DNA from: Eledone cirrhosa
Lineage: Eukaryota
DNA: 64,000 nucleotides
Direction of reading: 5' to 3'
Assembly: GCA_964016885.1 (NCBI GenBank)
Contig: OZ024745.1
Location: 34,658,001-34,722,000 of the forward strand
The position numbers and the translations under genes are program-made. Each line of letters begins with the position of its first letter. Position 1 is the first letter of the stretch. Shown here in pieces: positions 39,996 through 52,611 of the stretch. The notes beneath the pieces were generated by a model. It was not told the origin of the DNA, ran no database searches, and worked only from the letters and a program-made list of their open reading frames with translations.

Positions 39996-42900
39996 TGTTT
40001 ATGTCCAGTTTTATAAGCACAGTTGTGTTTTGAATGCACTTCTGTATTGTTATAGTTGTGTTGGGTAGTTAGAGTTGACACAGTTGTTATGTGTAGAAAC
40101 AATTGTGATGTATAATAGCAGTTCTTTAAGTACAATTGTCATAAGAATAGAAATGTTTAGTTTGTTTCATAAATTATTAAAATTTTGATATTTGGAGATT
40201 ATAAAACATTAAACCTACATAATTTTGTTGTATTCTCTAAACTATTTCTTCTACTGCTTTTGCAGTTCTATTGATAAGGGTGGCCTGACATAAAGATAAA
40301 ACTATCTAATTATTTACTCCATCATTGATATTGTTTTTACCAGAAATCATATAGAATAATTTTTTAATCTCTTGGATTTCTCTTTTATTTATTGTTTTTC
40401 TTTTCAGGGATTTTTTCAATTATTACTCGAAATGCCATCAATTTTATGGACTTTTTTTATTTTGTTTTTAATTCTGAGTTCTTTTCTATTTTCTTTTCAT
40501 ATAAAACTACTTTTCTTTCAAATATTTCAAAAGAATATATTTTGGATTATATATCATATATACATTCTGCCTGTATTAGTATCATAAGATTCATTTCTGT
40601 TTTCAATATTTTCTTACTCCATAGGCTATGTTGCTTGTCTATGTTTCTTTCTTTCCATCTTACATTTTTTGCTTGTTTGTCATTTGTGGGTTTACTGCCA
40701 GCTCCCCCAGTTTGCTGCCTACATTAAGTGGATGATAGTAGACACAATTATCGCATTTTGTCCTTTCAATATAAGTGCCTTACTGACTTGTTATAATAAT
40801 ATTTTATTCCTTATATTATAGTGGATCTTACCTATGTGTGGTCTCTCTTCAATTGGGGTAACCTTAATCTCTTCTAGTTTTCTCCCAATGCTTTGTATTA
40901 TATTTACCATTGTGATGTACGTATCTTCTCTGTACTTGCATTCATCTCCCATCGTTGTTTTAATACGTCTTTTGTGATGGTCCTGTAGTCAAATGTTTTT
41001 TGATAGAACTAGTCTTCATAGACCCATTTTAGCTCATCCTGCTTTCATTTATCTGTATTGTGTCCTGTCATGTATTTTTTCATTCTTTCCTAGGTAGCTA
41101 GCTCTCCAATTTCCCATTTATATTTACTTGGTTTGCCTTTGATATCAAGCTATTTCTTGTGATATGTCATCTTAAGGTAGCCAACCTATTACTACCAACA
41201 TGATTTTCATTTATTTTTTTGTCGGTTATTTACTTTTGCTTCTTATATAAGTTTTTTTCTGTATGATTTTCCTGTAGAATATAATTGACGAATGCTTCGA
41301 TAACCTGATATGTTTCAATATCACCCCCCCCTTCTGTCTAGTGCATTACTTTTCATAGACTGGTTTCTGGAAGGTTATTTGTCAGTTTAGTTAATATTTT
41401 TATAAATTGATCATTAACAAAGTGTTCTATCTTAAATTTCACTCATGTGTTTGTTTATTTGTTACTTAGTATTAACACAAATGTACATAGAATATTGACA
41501 TTTTATTTAGTAATAGTTGGTACTTTGATTTGTTATATATGAAATTTTTATTTATTCATTAATTTATTATGAATAAATATGATATATATCAAGTGAAAAA
41601 TCATTTCTTTTAGATGTTTAATTTGATTTTAGTTTGTCAGTTTTGTAATTACATTTATCTCAATAGATTTCTATTGATAATGACATCTTGTCTATGGCCC
41701 AGCATCCAGAATAATTATTCTGTTGCCTTTCATTTTTCTGTGGTTAATAAAAGTTTCAGAATCATACTGTGAGTCTACTATGCCCACTTCTCCTATAAAT
41801 TTGTGGCTGTGTGCCAATATAAGAAATCAATTTTATTATCATTATTATAATTACTGATGTTATTTCTGTTATATTATTATTGTTCTTATATTTGTGGCTA
41901 ATGACCTTGAAAATATATTAAAATCATAAAAATCAATTCCTATTTCCCCACCACTAAAACTCTTACATTCTGGGTGTAGGTAAGTGTAATTTTCATTCTT
42001 CATCTTCTATTTTTATTATATGTCATATACAGATGCAACAAATCTTCTCATAGACAGGCAGGGAGTTAATCATATATATTATACAAGTCACCATGACATA
42101 GTTCTACTACTAGTTCTACTCCATTAAATCTGTCAATATTTAAAGTCACTTTTCTAAAATCTCCTCCTATTCCTATTCCACAGATAACATATAGAATGTT
42201 ACATGCTACATTGCTATATATACCTCTGTTGCACTGTTATACTGTTATACCTCGTTATATGTTTATAGTGTGTTGTTTTAATGCGATAAATAATGACATT
42301 TGTTGTTAGTAGAGGATTTAAAACACCCCTTGACACAATCAAACAATATGATCTTTCTCTTCTCATATTTGCAATCCTCTTATTTTGTTAGATTATCTAT
42401 ATTATTTCTTATTTGTTAGGCTAAGGAAAGAAGAAAATTCTTATTGCCCTCTCCCCCTCAGCATAACAATATTTTGGGTATCTATGGCAGAATGAAGTTC
42501 TAGGAAGGATATATTGGGATGGGACATAGAAAGGATGATGAGTAATCCTTTAGCATTCACATTACTCTATATATACTATAGATTTTGATATAATTTATTT
42601 TGAGAACAATGCCTTGACGTTGATAAGCAGCCTGTTATGGCTGGTTTGAACAGAAAGATGTGAGAGAATTCTGGTTAGATATGGCTGGTTTAAATGCTAA
42701 AGAGTTAAATGAATAAGTGTATTAAGCAGTTTTGTCTGAGATGTATCAATCAGTTTGCAAGTACACCAAAGCATTGACCATTGTAGAAGTATGTGTATAG
42801 GAAATAGACTAAGGACACATCATATCAATCGATATTTTTGTAGTTTTAGTATGTTACTGAGTGATAACTTCTGTATAACACAATTTATCTGTGAATAGTG

Positions 42901-43376
42901 TAAATCAAAGCAGACTTACAGAGTTTGATGAGAGACAAGTAGATGTAACTAATTAAACAACAATGTCAATAGATTAACACATATTAGTGGAGACATAATG
43001 TAATATAGATGAAGTAGATGTAGAACTTATGTATGTATGTATCAATCTATGTATGTATATACATATATATATATGTGTGTGTATGTATGTATGTATATGT
43101 GTGTACATACATATATATATATGTGTGTGTATGTATGTATATATATATATATATATTTTGTATGTATGTATATATATATATATTTGTATGTATATATATG
43201 TATGTATGTTTGTATTTTGGTGTAATTGATGGGGTGGCAATGTTGGTGTGTATTCACTGATATTCATTCACCAATATTCATGCACATGAATATCATTCAA
43301 TACACATCTGCACTGCCACCCCACCAATTACACCAAAATACAAGCATACACCCACACACAAGAAAATAGGGTTGAT

Positions 43377-43421
<45 letters not shown>

Positions 43422-43599
43422 TATAAGTATTAATATTAATAACTCCAGAAAATTATTTTTTCCGTTGAGTGCTTTCAATCTACTGTAAAACTCATTCTTT
43501 GACATAATCATTGAATATTGTTTAACACTTTAATATATATATATATATATACCTTCTCGTCCCACACACCACAACAAAAATATATCTTTTGTTGCATCA

Positions 43600-43689
43600 C
43601 CAGTCTGAGGAGCAGATCGATTCTGGAGTCGGGTTCATAATTCCTATGGGTCACCTTGAGCCAATCCTCTGTGAAACGCATGTAACAGG
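43600..43689 (+). ncRNA. Type I hammerhead ribozyme motif with extended stem II
   Basis: CCAGT-CTGAGGA-GCAGA...TCTGT-GAAAC-GCAT-GTA-ACAGG: canonical core, stem II GCAGA/TCTGT, GUA site at 43684, stem I 4 of 5 paired. Confidence 0.72.
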
Positions 43690-43741
43690 TCGATACGAAT
43701 AAATACTTTTCATATGTAAACAAAACTTCTTCGTTTTTTTC

Positions 43742-43772
<31 letters not shown>

Positions 43773-46700
43773 ACACATGTGTAATTTGCATTAATATGTG
43801 TAATTTGCATTAATATGAGTAGTTTCAATACTATAGAAACAACACTACCAAAATCATAACACTGTACATATCCAAGGCACACAGAGCTTTGTTTGATAAT
43901 TTAGTGATGGCACACAATGAAAGTACGACTAATGATACTAATAATAATAAGCCCCTGACCTTTAGTGATCTATATTTTGAAGGTCGCTCTAGCTTCAATG
44001 TATATTTAGCATTCATTGTGATAATAACTAAACAATGAAAGTACATTGTAAATGTACTTTATAAAAGTGCTTCCTAAAATGATTAAGTCTTTTGAACTTG
44101 ACTAAAATAACGTCCATAAATGTTTGGTTGTAAACAGATATAAAATCAGAGATTTCAGTTTAAAGTAGAAATCTAGATAAAAATATCTAGTCAACAGAAA
44201 TCTCATGGAAACCATAAACTATAGACAAACTACAGTGATAATATTTGGAATATGTTCAGAAAAGTAGACAGCACAATGTGGGAGGGAATCATTAGAGAAT
44301 CATCTGTTTTGAAGACAAGTATACATTGAAAGATTGTACATAAAATTATAAATGAGGATATATGTATTAGAAGACAGTAAAATGAACAAAAGGAAAGAAA
44401 AATGATAACATAATAATGTCTGAAAGTAATGTGAATGGATAAGAACTATGTAGATTTGAAAGATATGGAAATGATAGAACTCTATTCAAAGGAAATGTGT
44501 GAATGTCACACTGAGAGCAGGAAAGGCCATACATTTTAGTAATGGAGAAATGTAAAGAAAAAATATACAATGACTATAAAGAAATTTGATGGTCTTTGTA
44601 AAGTTTACAATAAAAGAATCCAGATCTGTTTGTGGAATTGTTAAAAAAGGAAATGTGAAAAAGATTCATAGAAAACAGAATTTTTCCAAATTTTAGGATT
44701 ATGGATTTAGTGACTTTGATTGGAAACCCCATAAATGTCTAATTGGTAACATGGATTATATAGGAAACTTACTTCACTATTCAATTAAATTATGTTCTTT
44801 CTCTTCTGAAGAAGCTGGAGATCTCTAGTTTCCAACATATTCTGTTTCAATTATCATTTACGAGGCTTATTTCCATTGTTTTATTGAGATATTCTTGAAT
44901 AGTAATACATGAGTAAAATGATCAAATCTTTGCTCATGTGCAGATTCTTTCTGAAACTACAGTTGATGTTTGATGCCCATCAGTTTACAATAGATTCTAC
45001 CACTTCACCATTAACATATAAGAATAAATAAAATAGCAGTAATGGTGGGGGAGAGCAGAAGAGACAAAATTGGTTAAGGATGCATGTAAGCATATCTCCA
45101 TATTACTGACACCTATGTCTTCAAGTTCCATTCCCATTGTTTCACTGGTAATTTATATATTCTCTCATTAACATTTAAATAGCTTATCTCCAGGATGTCT
45201 TTTCATTTCAAGGCTTGTTAACTTTAGCTTGTGTGGCTCGTTAACTTTGACTTGGAAGATGGGTTAACAATTGATTGCCTCTAGCTCGTCTGATTAATTA
45301 TCTTAAAGTTATCTTATTCTTATTTTCCTTTACCAGAGCTGCATATTAACTTCAAATTGCATAATTGATTAATTTCAGGTTTCTTAGTTTAGTTTCTCAT
45401 TTATATAACAGACTTATTGTCGATTGAAGAATTAGTTTCATTTATTATCTATACACCTAACTAATTGTTGTTTGAAGAATTCATATTAACTCATTATCTA
45501 TAAAACTGACTAATTGACGTTGGAGGAATTAGTATTAACTGATTATCTATAATACTGATTTATTATTGTTTATAGAATTATTTCCTATTGTCTTTTTTTA
45601 TTTGTTGTTATTTATCTTCCATATTTTTTCATTTATCATCACCATTAATATGTTTTTCATCTTCCACATTCTCTTATTTACCATCAACTTTTCTCATTGT
45701 CATGTCACTGGTTATCTTCAAGTTATGCCAGTAATCAATATTTCCAAATTGCCTTACAAGTTGTTTGATTGCATATCTTCAACTTACTTCATTGTTTTCT
45801 GATTGATTATCTTCAAATCGATTTACTACGATTGATCTTATCAATACTTCTTCTCTACATACTGCCAATGAAGTAGTTTTTATTTATTTATTTGTGATTT
45901 AGAGGAGGAAAGGCTGCATATGTGACCTTTTTCCAAGAATAGAGAAATAAAGAGAGGATAAATTTGATGCCCTCAAGAGGCCTGGCCTAAATGCTTGCAA
46001 TGGAAGGCCCAGTCAAAGACACCCAAAGGCCAGGTGATGGTGTTAAATTGAGCATTAGATTAAACCTACCACACACCCAATGATATGAACAGTGTCTGTC
46101 TACCAAATTACATTTACAATGCTTTGATTAACCAAGGCTATGGTAAAAGCACTTGCATGAGGTGCAACACAATGTCTCACCAAACCTAAAACCCTGTGAT
46201 TATGAAGCAAATTTCTAAAATTTTTACACATACATACACCCTATAGAGGATCTTTATTGTCACTCCTTATGATATTGCTGTCTATAAAAATATAACTCAT
46301 CAGATATGCTCTACCCATATATGTATACAACATTACTATTGTTATTTATAAGTTAGTATTAATATATTAATACACAGACCATTATGCATCTAATTAGAAA
46401 TAATTATTTTGCAAGGAATAAACAATACAAATAATGAGAAATACTGGGTTGGATGGGCAATGTTGGTATGCACAAATGACAAAGCATAGATGATGAACTG
46501 AAAGAGAAATTGAGCATAAAAGAAGATTCTACTAATATAATGATACAGACATAGACATACACTGCATAAGGATGATGGTTGTTGGGTGAAGAAATCTGAA
46601 GTGTTGCTTGTAGAATCTGAAGTGTTGCCAGGAAGAGAGAAATCAAGAAAAATGTAGGCTGAGGTATGGAAAGCAGATCTGAAGAAACTATATCTGTAAG

Positions 46701-47489
46701 ATGAAATTACAAAGGAAAGAAACAAGTGAAGAAATGTAGTACTGGAAAAAAACTATCTGACCCATGTAAGCATTGATAACATACGTAAAAATGATGATAA
46801 TTATTTGGTTTATTTTTCTAGTAAGTAGAAGAGACAATTCTGGACATATTCTAGTCATATTTTGACTTCATTAGTGATTTGCCAAGGTATTGATTAGAGA
46901 ATCATTAAGTAAATGTACAACAATGTGCATTAGTTGGTATAGACAAATAGAATTTATTTGATAATAAATAAGTCAAAGACACTATTCATGTAAATAAAAA
47001 CAATACTTAATTTATTGTTAACATATTAAATGCTGGAACATTTCTAATATTGTTTTATTTTGCAAGCAAGTTTCATCTACACCTTTGATCATAGGTTTGC
47101 TGATCACAACTGAAACCTGTCAGTTACTATTGTTTCCCTGCTGTGAAATACTGGTCTTCCTCCCATTAATCTGAAACACCTGCTTTTTCTGAAATGTGCA
47201 TGTTGAGTAGCACACATCAATTGGCAATCTGGCTCAAAAACTTTGCATGTGGAGATTGAAGGTGTGTTGACAAGTAACTTGAGGTATGGGAGGTAACTTC
47301 AAGAGCTAACATTGAATAGCTGCCTAATAGAAGAACTGATACCACAAGTTGGAGCCTCTCTCTGTTTCTATATTAAATTGATACATAAAAAGTATTAGTA
47401 CTAAATAAGAGGAAGGAAGGACACTTGGAATAATATAGTCCTTGATGCACAACGATTGAAATATAAGATGTGTTAGGTCACAGTTGGAA

Positions 47490-47880
47490 CACCTTTTATA
47501 ATAGGTTTTCTGGATCACAATTAAGGCCCCATCGATGATAGTCCTTCTGGATCAGAGCTGGGACATTTTTGATAAGTCATCTGAATTACAGCTGGGAAAC
47601 CTGTGATAATAGGTCCTCCTTTATATCACAACTAAGACACCTTTGATAATAAAAATACTGGATTATAGCTGAGATCACTGTGGTAATAGGTACCCTGAAT
47701 TACAGATGAGATCCTCGGAATTACAGCTTACACACCTTTGATAATTCACCTGAATCACAGCTGGGATGTCTTTGATAATAACACATCTGAATTATAGTTG
47801 AGGTACTTTTGATTATAGTTCACCTGGATTACAGCTGGGACACATTTGATAATAGGTCCTCTGGATCACCATTGAGGACC
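47490..47880. repeat. Degenerate minisatellite, ~35-bp unit
   Basis: Recurrent ctttgataataggtcc.ctggat.acagctgggacac. Confidence 0.7.
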
Positions 47881-48807
47881 AGAAGTATACAATTACAGAA
47901 AGAAAGAACACCTTTCCTTTTCTTAGAATTTAAGTTTTAGTCTTGAATGATGCCACCTCCTTTCTGGTGGTGCCAGAATAAAATGTACCTAGAACATTCT
48001 GTGAAAAAAGGTATTCAGCCATAAACACTTAGCAAAAACAATAAAATGTGGTCTTCTGACCAGCCTAGAGGAATAGTAACACTTAATAACTACTATCTCA
48101 CATCATGATGACCTGTGGAGCTCATGCCATCATGGAAAGCAGACATAAAATGATTATAATGATGATGAAGAATCTACCTATTAGTTGTGATAAGGAAAAC
48201 TAACTGTATGATCTAAAGGACAGTGGAAATAATTTTTTTTTCTCAAGAATACAATGAATAAAAACAATATGTCGAGATATGATTACAAACCTGTCTTATA
48301 CACTGTCTGGCAGATTTAAAATAGTTATGTATTATTAATGTGGTGGTATTGATTGTTGGTTGTCGTGTTGATAATAATATTGGTTTGGTAACTGGTGTGA
48401 ATATTGGTAATTGTGTAGGAGAGTCATGTTTGTGCAGACTCTTTCAATTGACAGCTATTATGTGTCGAGTATGAGGGAGGTTGGGGTGACTTTTTGAAAT
48501 GTATGGCTTATGTAAGTGTCACTGTTGGTAAGGGTGATTTTGAAAATCATGATGATGAGAAGGAAGAGGATGAAAAATGAGGATGATAATAATAATGATT
48601 ATCATGAATGTAAAGATACTTGTGATTGTTGGCATCAGTAGAGTGGAGGATGTCAGAGCTGGTAAAACAACAGGTATGTCTTTTGGTTCTGGGTTTGAAT
48701 CCTCTGAAGATGTATTTTAATATTCAGGCTTCTAAACTCAATAAGATAAGAATGAGTGTAAACAAACTGAGTATGGTCATGATCTAATGACTAAAATCAA
48801 TAAAATA

Positions 48808-48985
48808 ATTGTTTCTACTTTTGGCACAAGGCCATTAATTACCCAGTACATTACTGGTACTTTATTTTATCGACCCCGTAAGGATGAAAGGCAAAGTTAA
48901 CCTCAACGGAATTTGAACTCAGACCGCAATGGGACGTAACTATGCTAGAAAGCATGGCGTCCAACCCTCTACCAATACTGCCAAT
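48808..48985 (-). mobile_element. SINE family A copy
   Basis: Homologous to 61537-61722. Confidence 0.83.
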
Positions 48986-49977
48986 ATAAGAATGTCAGAC
49001 CCAAAATGATATCAATTCTCCTGTGTCTGCAATTAACTTTTAGCCAGAGGCAATTATCCCTGGGTGCAATATTTCCTCAGGCCTATCGTGGCACTTATTT
49101 AAGGTAGAGGTACCAAAAGTGCTTTTGCTCCCAGGTGCTGTAGGTGCTTGTTATATCATTGCTTCTTGTTCTCAGCTATTTTCATATTGGTTTCCTTTGT
49201 TCTCTAATAATTAATTTGAAACAACTATGACTGGATAATGTCATTTTCCAAGAGAGTTAAGGTTTAGGTATTAAAAGAAAAATATCAATATTAAAATATA
49301 TTTCACAAGATAAGGTGTTTATTTGTGTGTATATATATTTAACTAGTATTGAATTCTAGGATTACAAATTGTATTAACAAAGGATTTTTCCTTCAATTCT
49401 TATCACTGTTATAAGTATTTCTATACTATATTATTGCTTTAATCACCTGTAATCTGCTTAATTCAGTTATAATAATAAGATTCAGGTATCTGGTTTTTCA
49501 GGAATATGTTCAAATAATACACAATATATATATATATAGGAATAATAATAAATGTGAAGACTAAAATCCAAAGAAGGTTCGATAAGGATAAACATATATC
49601 AAATATATAAGAACCTTAGGGCAAATATTTATTAAAATAACAGATTAAAGTTTAAGCAAAGAATCGCTGCTTTCACCCTTAACGTTAAGGGTGAAAGCAG
49701 CGATTTTTTGCATAAACTTTAATCTGTTATTTTAATAAATATATATGTATATATGATTTCTGCCAGACTAGAAATGTGGTTCATTCGTATGAAATAGTTC
49801 TAGTTCTGTAGAAGTCATTTCTATTTGTAAAATAAATATACTTCTTCTCTACCAATGTATTGAGTACATTAATTAATCCCGCCGAGGTTAACTTTGCCTT
49901 TCATCCTTACGGGGTCGATAAAATAAAGTACCAGTAATGTACTGGTACTTTATTTTATCGACCCCGTAAGGATGAAA

Positions 49978-52391
49978 AAGAAATAGACATAATTCTAGCG
50001 GCACGTAGAACCATTATCCAGTTCGAAGGGTCCCACTGGACCAGAACCAACCGTCCTGATAACTTCGATGTCACGATGGGGTCCAGCGACTCAGCGCAAG
50101 CAACTGACCTGGTTGGGATATACCTCCTACATAAGCTTAGGGAAGAAATACCGGCCCTACAAGGAAGTGTATATAGGGACGACGCCCTGTTTACCGTTAG
50201 GAACCATAGCCCCCGTAGGATAGAGAACCTTAACAAACATATACACAGGTTCTTTAAGTCATACGGCCTATCCGTAACTATGGACCTCAACCACAGGGTT
50301 GTCAACTTCCTGGACGTGACGCTGGAGTTGAGTACGGGCTTATACAAGCCATACCATAAGCCTGGAGAGTGCCTCTCTTATATTAATTATGCCTCCAACC
50401 ACCCTAAGCAGACTCTCAACTCCATAGTCTATAGTATCTCACATAGAATCTCGAGGCTATCCGCAAGGATATCTTCAACCAAGCGGCTGATTACTACAAT
50501 AGGGCCCTGATAAGCGCCGGCTTTAACCGAGGAATTTCCTACATCCCTAACGCTAGCTCTAGAAACCACCCCCCTCATAAAACTAACGTTATAGTAAGCC
50601 ATACCTATAACCGATCACGCGGCGACCTCGTTAAAGTCGGATATAATAGAATAGATAACCGCACCAAAGATCACGTCCCCGGCGACGGTGAATACTGTAG
50701 ATTACTCAAACTATTCCCCTATTACAAAACCAACAAAGGCGACGGCCTACTACCAACGCCTTCCAACCAACATCTTCGTGTACATAAACATGGAAGTGGT
50801 AGAAAGAGTGCACCCGAGCATAAAGTGAAAGGGGCACCGAACGGGCGACAGCGCATTAACACACATAAGAGCGATCACTTAGATGGAACCACCCGTAGCA
50901 AAAGTACAAGGACACGTAATCGCCACCGTAACGTCCTATGGTTCCACCCCCCTACTCTCGAAGTGTGGCCTCCAACATACCCCGGATATTCTTCGAAGCC
51001 TTAGAGAAGAACTTCCCACCCAACCATAGGTATAGAAAAATTCTTAATAGGAACAATATAAAAATATCCTTCTCTACTACTCCTAACCTAGCAGACATCA
51101 TAGGAACAACGAACCACAGTAAGATCACCAAGACACAGCACCTTGACGCAGACGCACCTACACCTGACAATAACTGTATCGGCCTTAACAACTCCCTGAC
51201 AGCATCCAAGTGTTGGCAACGGCATCCGCAGACGCAACCAGAATGACCGCGAAGTGACTGGGGAACATGCAGAACATGGCGTGCGGAATAACAATCGCAC
51301 CATCCCGCGTGCTGTGGGTTGTAATTGTGCTAACGACAGCTGCGGTAGCGCAGCTAGCAACGTAGGCAGCAACAATGATAGCCTTATCGTGGGAAATAGA
51401 CGGAACCGCGACAGAAATTGCAACTGCCGCGACAGAGGACGATGCCCCCTTAGAGGATACTGCTTGACCGATAGGGTTATATATAGATGCACTATTACTA
51501 GCCACAATAGCGTTAAACATTATATAGGGGCCACCTCCGGCCCGTTCAAAATTAGGTTTCGAACACATCTCCACTCTTTCACAAATAGAAAACTAAGGCA
51601 CTCCACCTCGCTCGCGGACTACATCACATCACTAAAGGACTTAAACATTAGCTTCTCCACGCACTGGGAGATTGTCGGCAGGGCTGCACCGTACAACTTC
51701 AAGAGGAAATGCGATCTTTGCCTCATGGAGATCTACCACATCATAACTGCACCCCACGAGCTCATCAACAGCAGAGCTGAAACAGCGATAAGTTGGACAC
51801 ATCGCTTAAAAATATCCTTCTTTAGATGGGTTAAGAATGAAGAGTGAAATAGTACACTGGATCTCCCTGCAACAAGTCTTAACACCCCGGCGGGCCGGCG
51901 CAGCAAAATAACACCCAGAAAACAATCCTTGCATACCAGACCCAGCCTCAGACAAACGGGTAAAAAAAAAAAAAAAAAAAAAATTATCCGGGAACGACTG
52001 CCCTAACACCGGCCAGAGTTACCTCCCTTGACCTGCTGCAAAATCAAAACAAGATATTTTTGCGAGCAATGAATCTTGATGTGGATTTAACCCCCAAAAC
52101 TCTTTCCGAACTATATAAGGAACACTTGTGATTATTTATGCCCTTGAGAAGCCCAACTAGGCGAAACGTACGTAGGTGATATTTTAAATAAACATGTTTT
52201 AACGGTCTATTCTCCGATTTTTCACTTTCCCACGTGCTTACGCTCTGCTAACTCTCTAGCCCACTAAATATTAACACTTAGAATATTTAATACTGCCGGC
52301 ACTAGTATCGAGCACCTTTGGCATACGCTACTTGGCAAATAACTATATGTATCACCTATCCCTCCTTTTTCTCTCTTTCTCGATACGTAAA

Positions 52392-52394
<3 letters not shown>
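49978..52394 (+). mobile_element. 5'-truncated Penelope-like element (RT + GIY-YIG endonuclease), Naiad-like, frameshifted
   Basis: RT motifs MGSSDSAQATDLVG, YRDD, VNFLDVTL, YINYASNHP and WF.PPYS. CNCR..CPL.GYC precedes the GIY-YIG (VIYRCTI..HYIGAT..FKIRFRTH), followed by CDLCLME; stop at 51847. The 3' region has a hammerhead motif and ends in (TA)n. Confidence 0.88.
52137..52181 (+). ncRNA. Minimal type I hammerhead motif in the 3' end of the Penelope-like element, U3-A8 core variant
   Basis: TATGCCC-TTGAGAA-GCC(CAACTA)GGC-GAAAC-GTAC-GTA-GGTGATA: palindromic ACGTACGT stem III; stem I is weak and interrupted. Confidence 0.68.
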
Positions 52395-52471
<77 letters not shown>

Positions 52472-52568
52472 TATATAAATGGCTTCTACAGGACTAGAAC
52501 TGTTTCATTCAGGAGAAATCATCAGTACCTTACTAACTGTGGTTACCCCTGATTGAACCCAGGATAAA

Positions 52569-52611
<43 letters not shown>

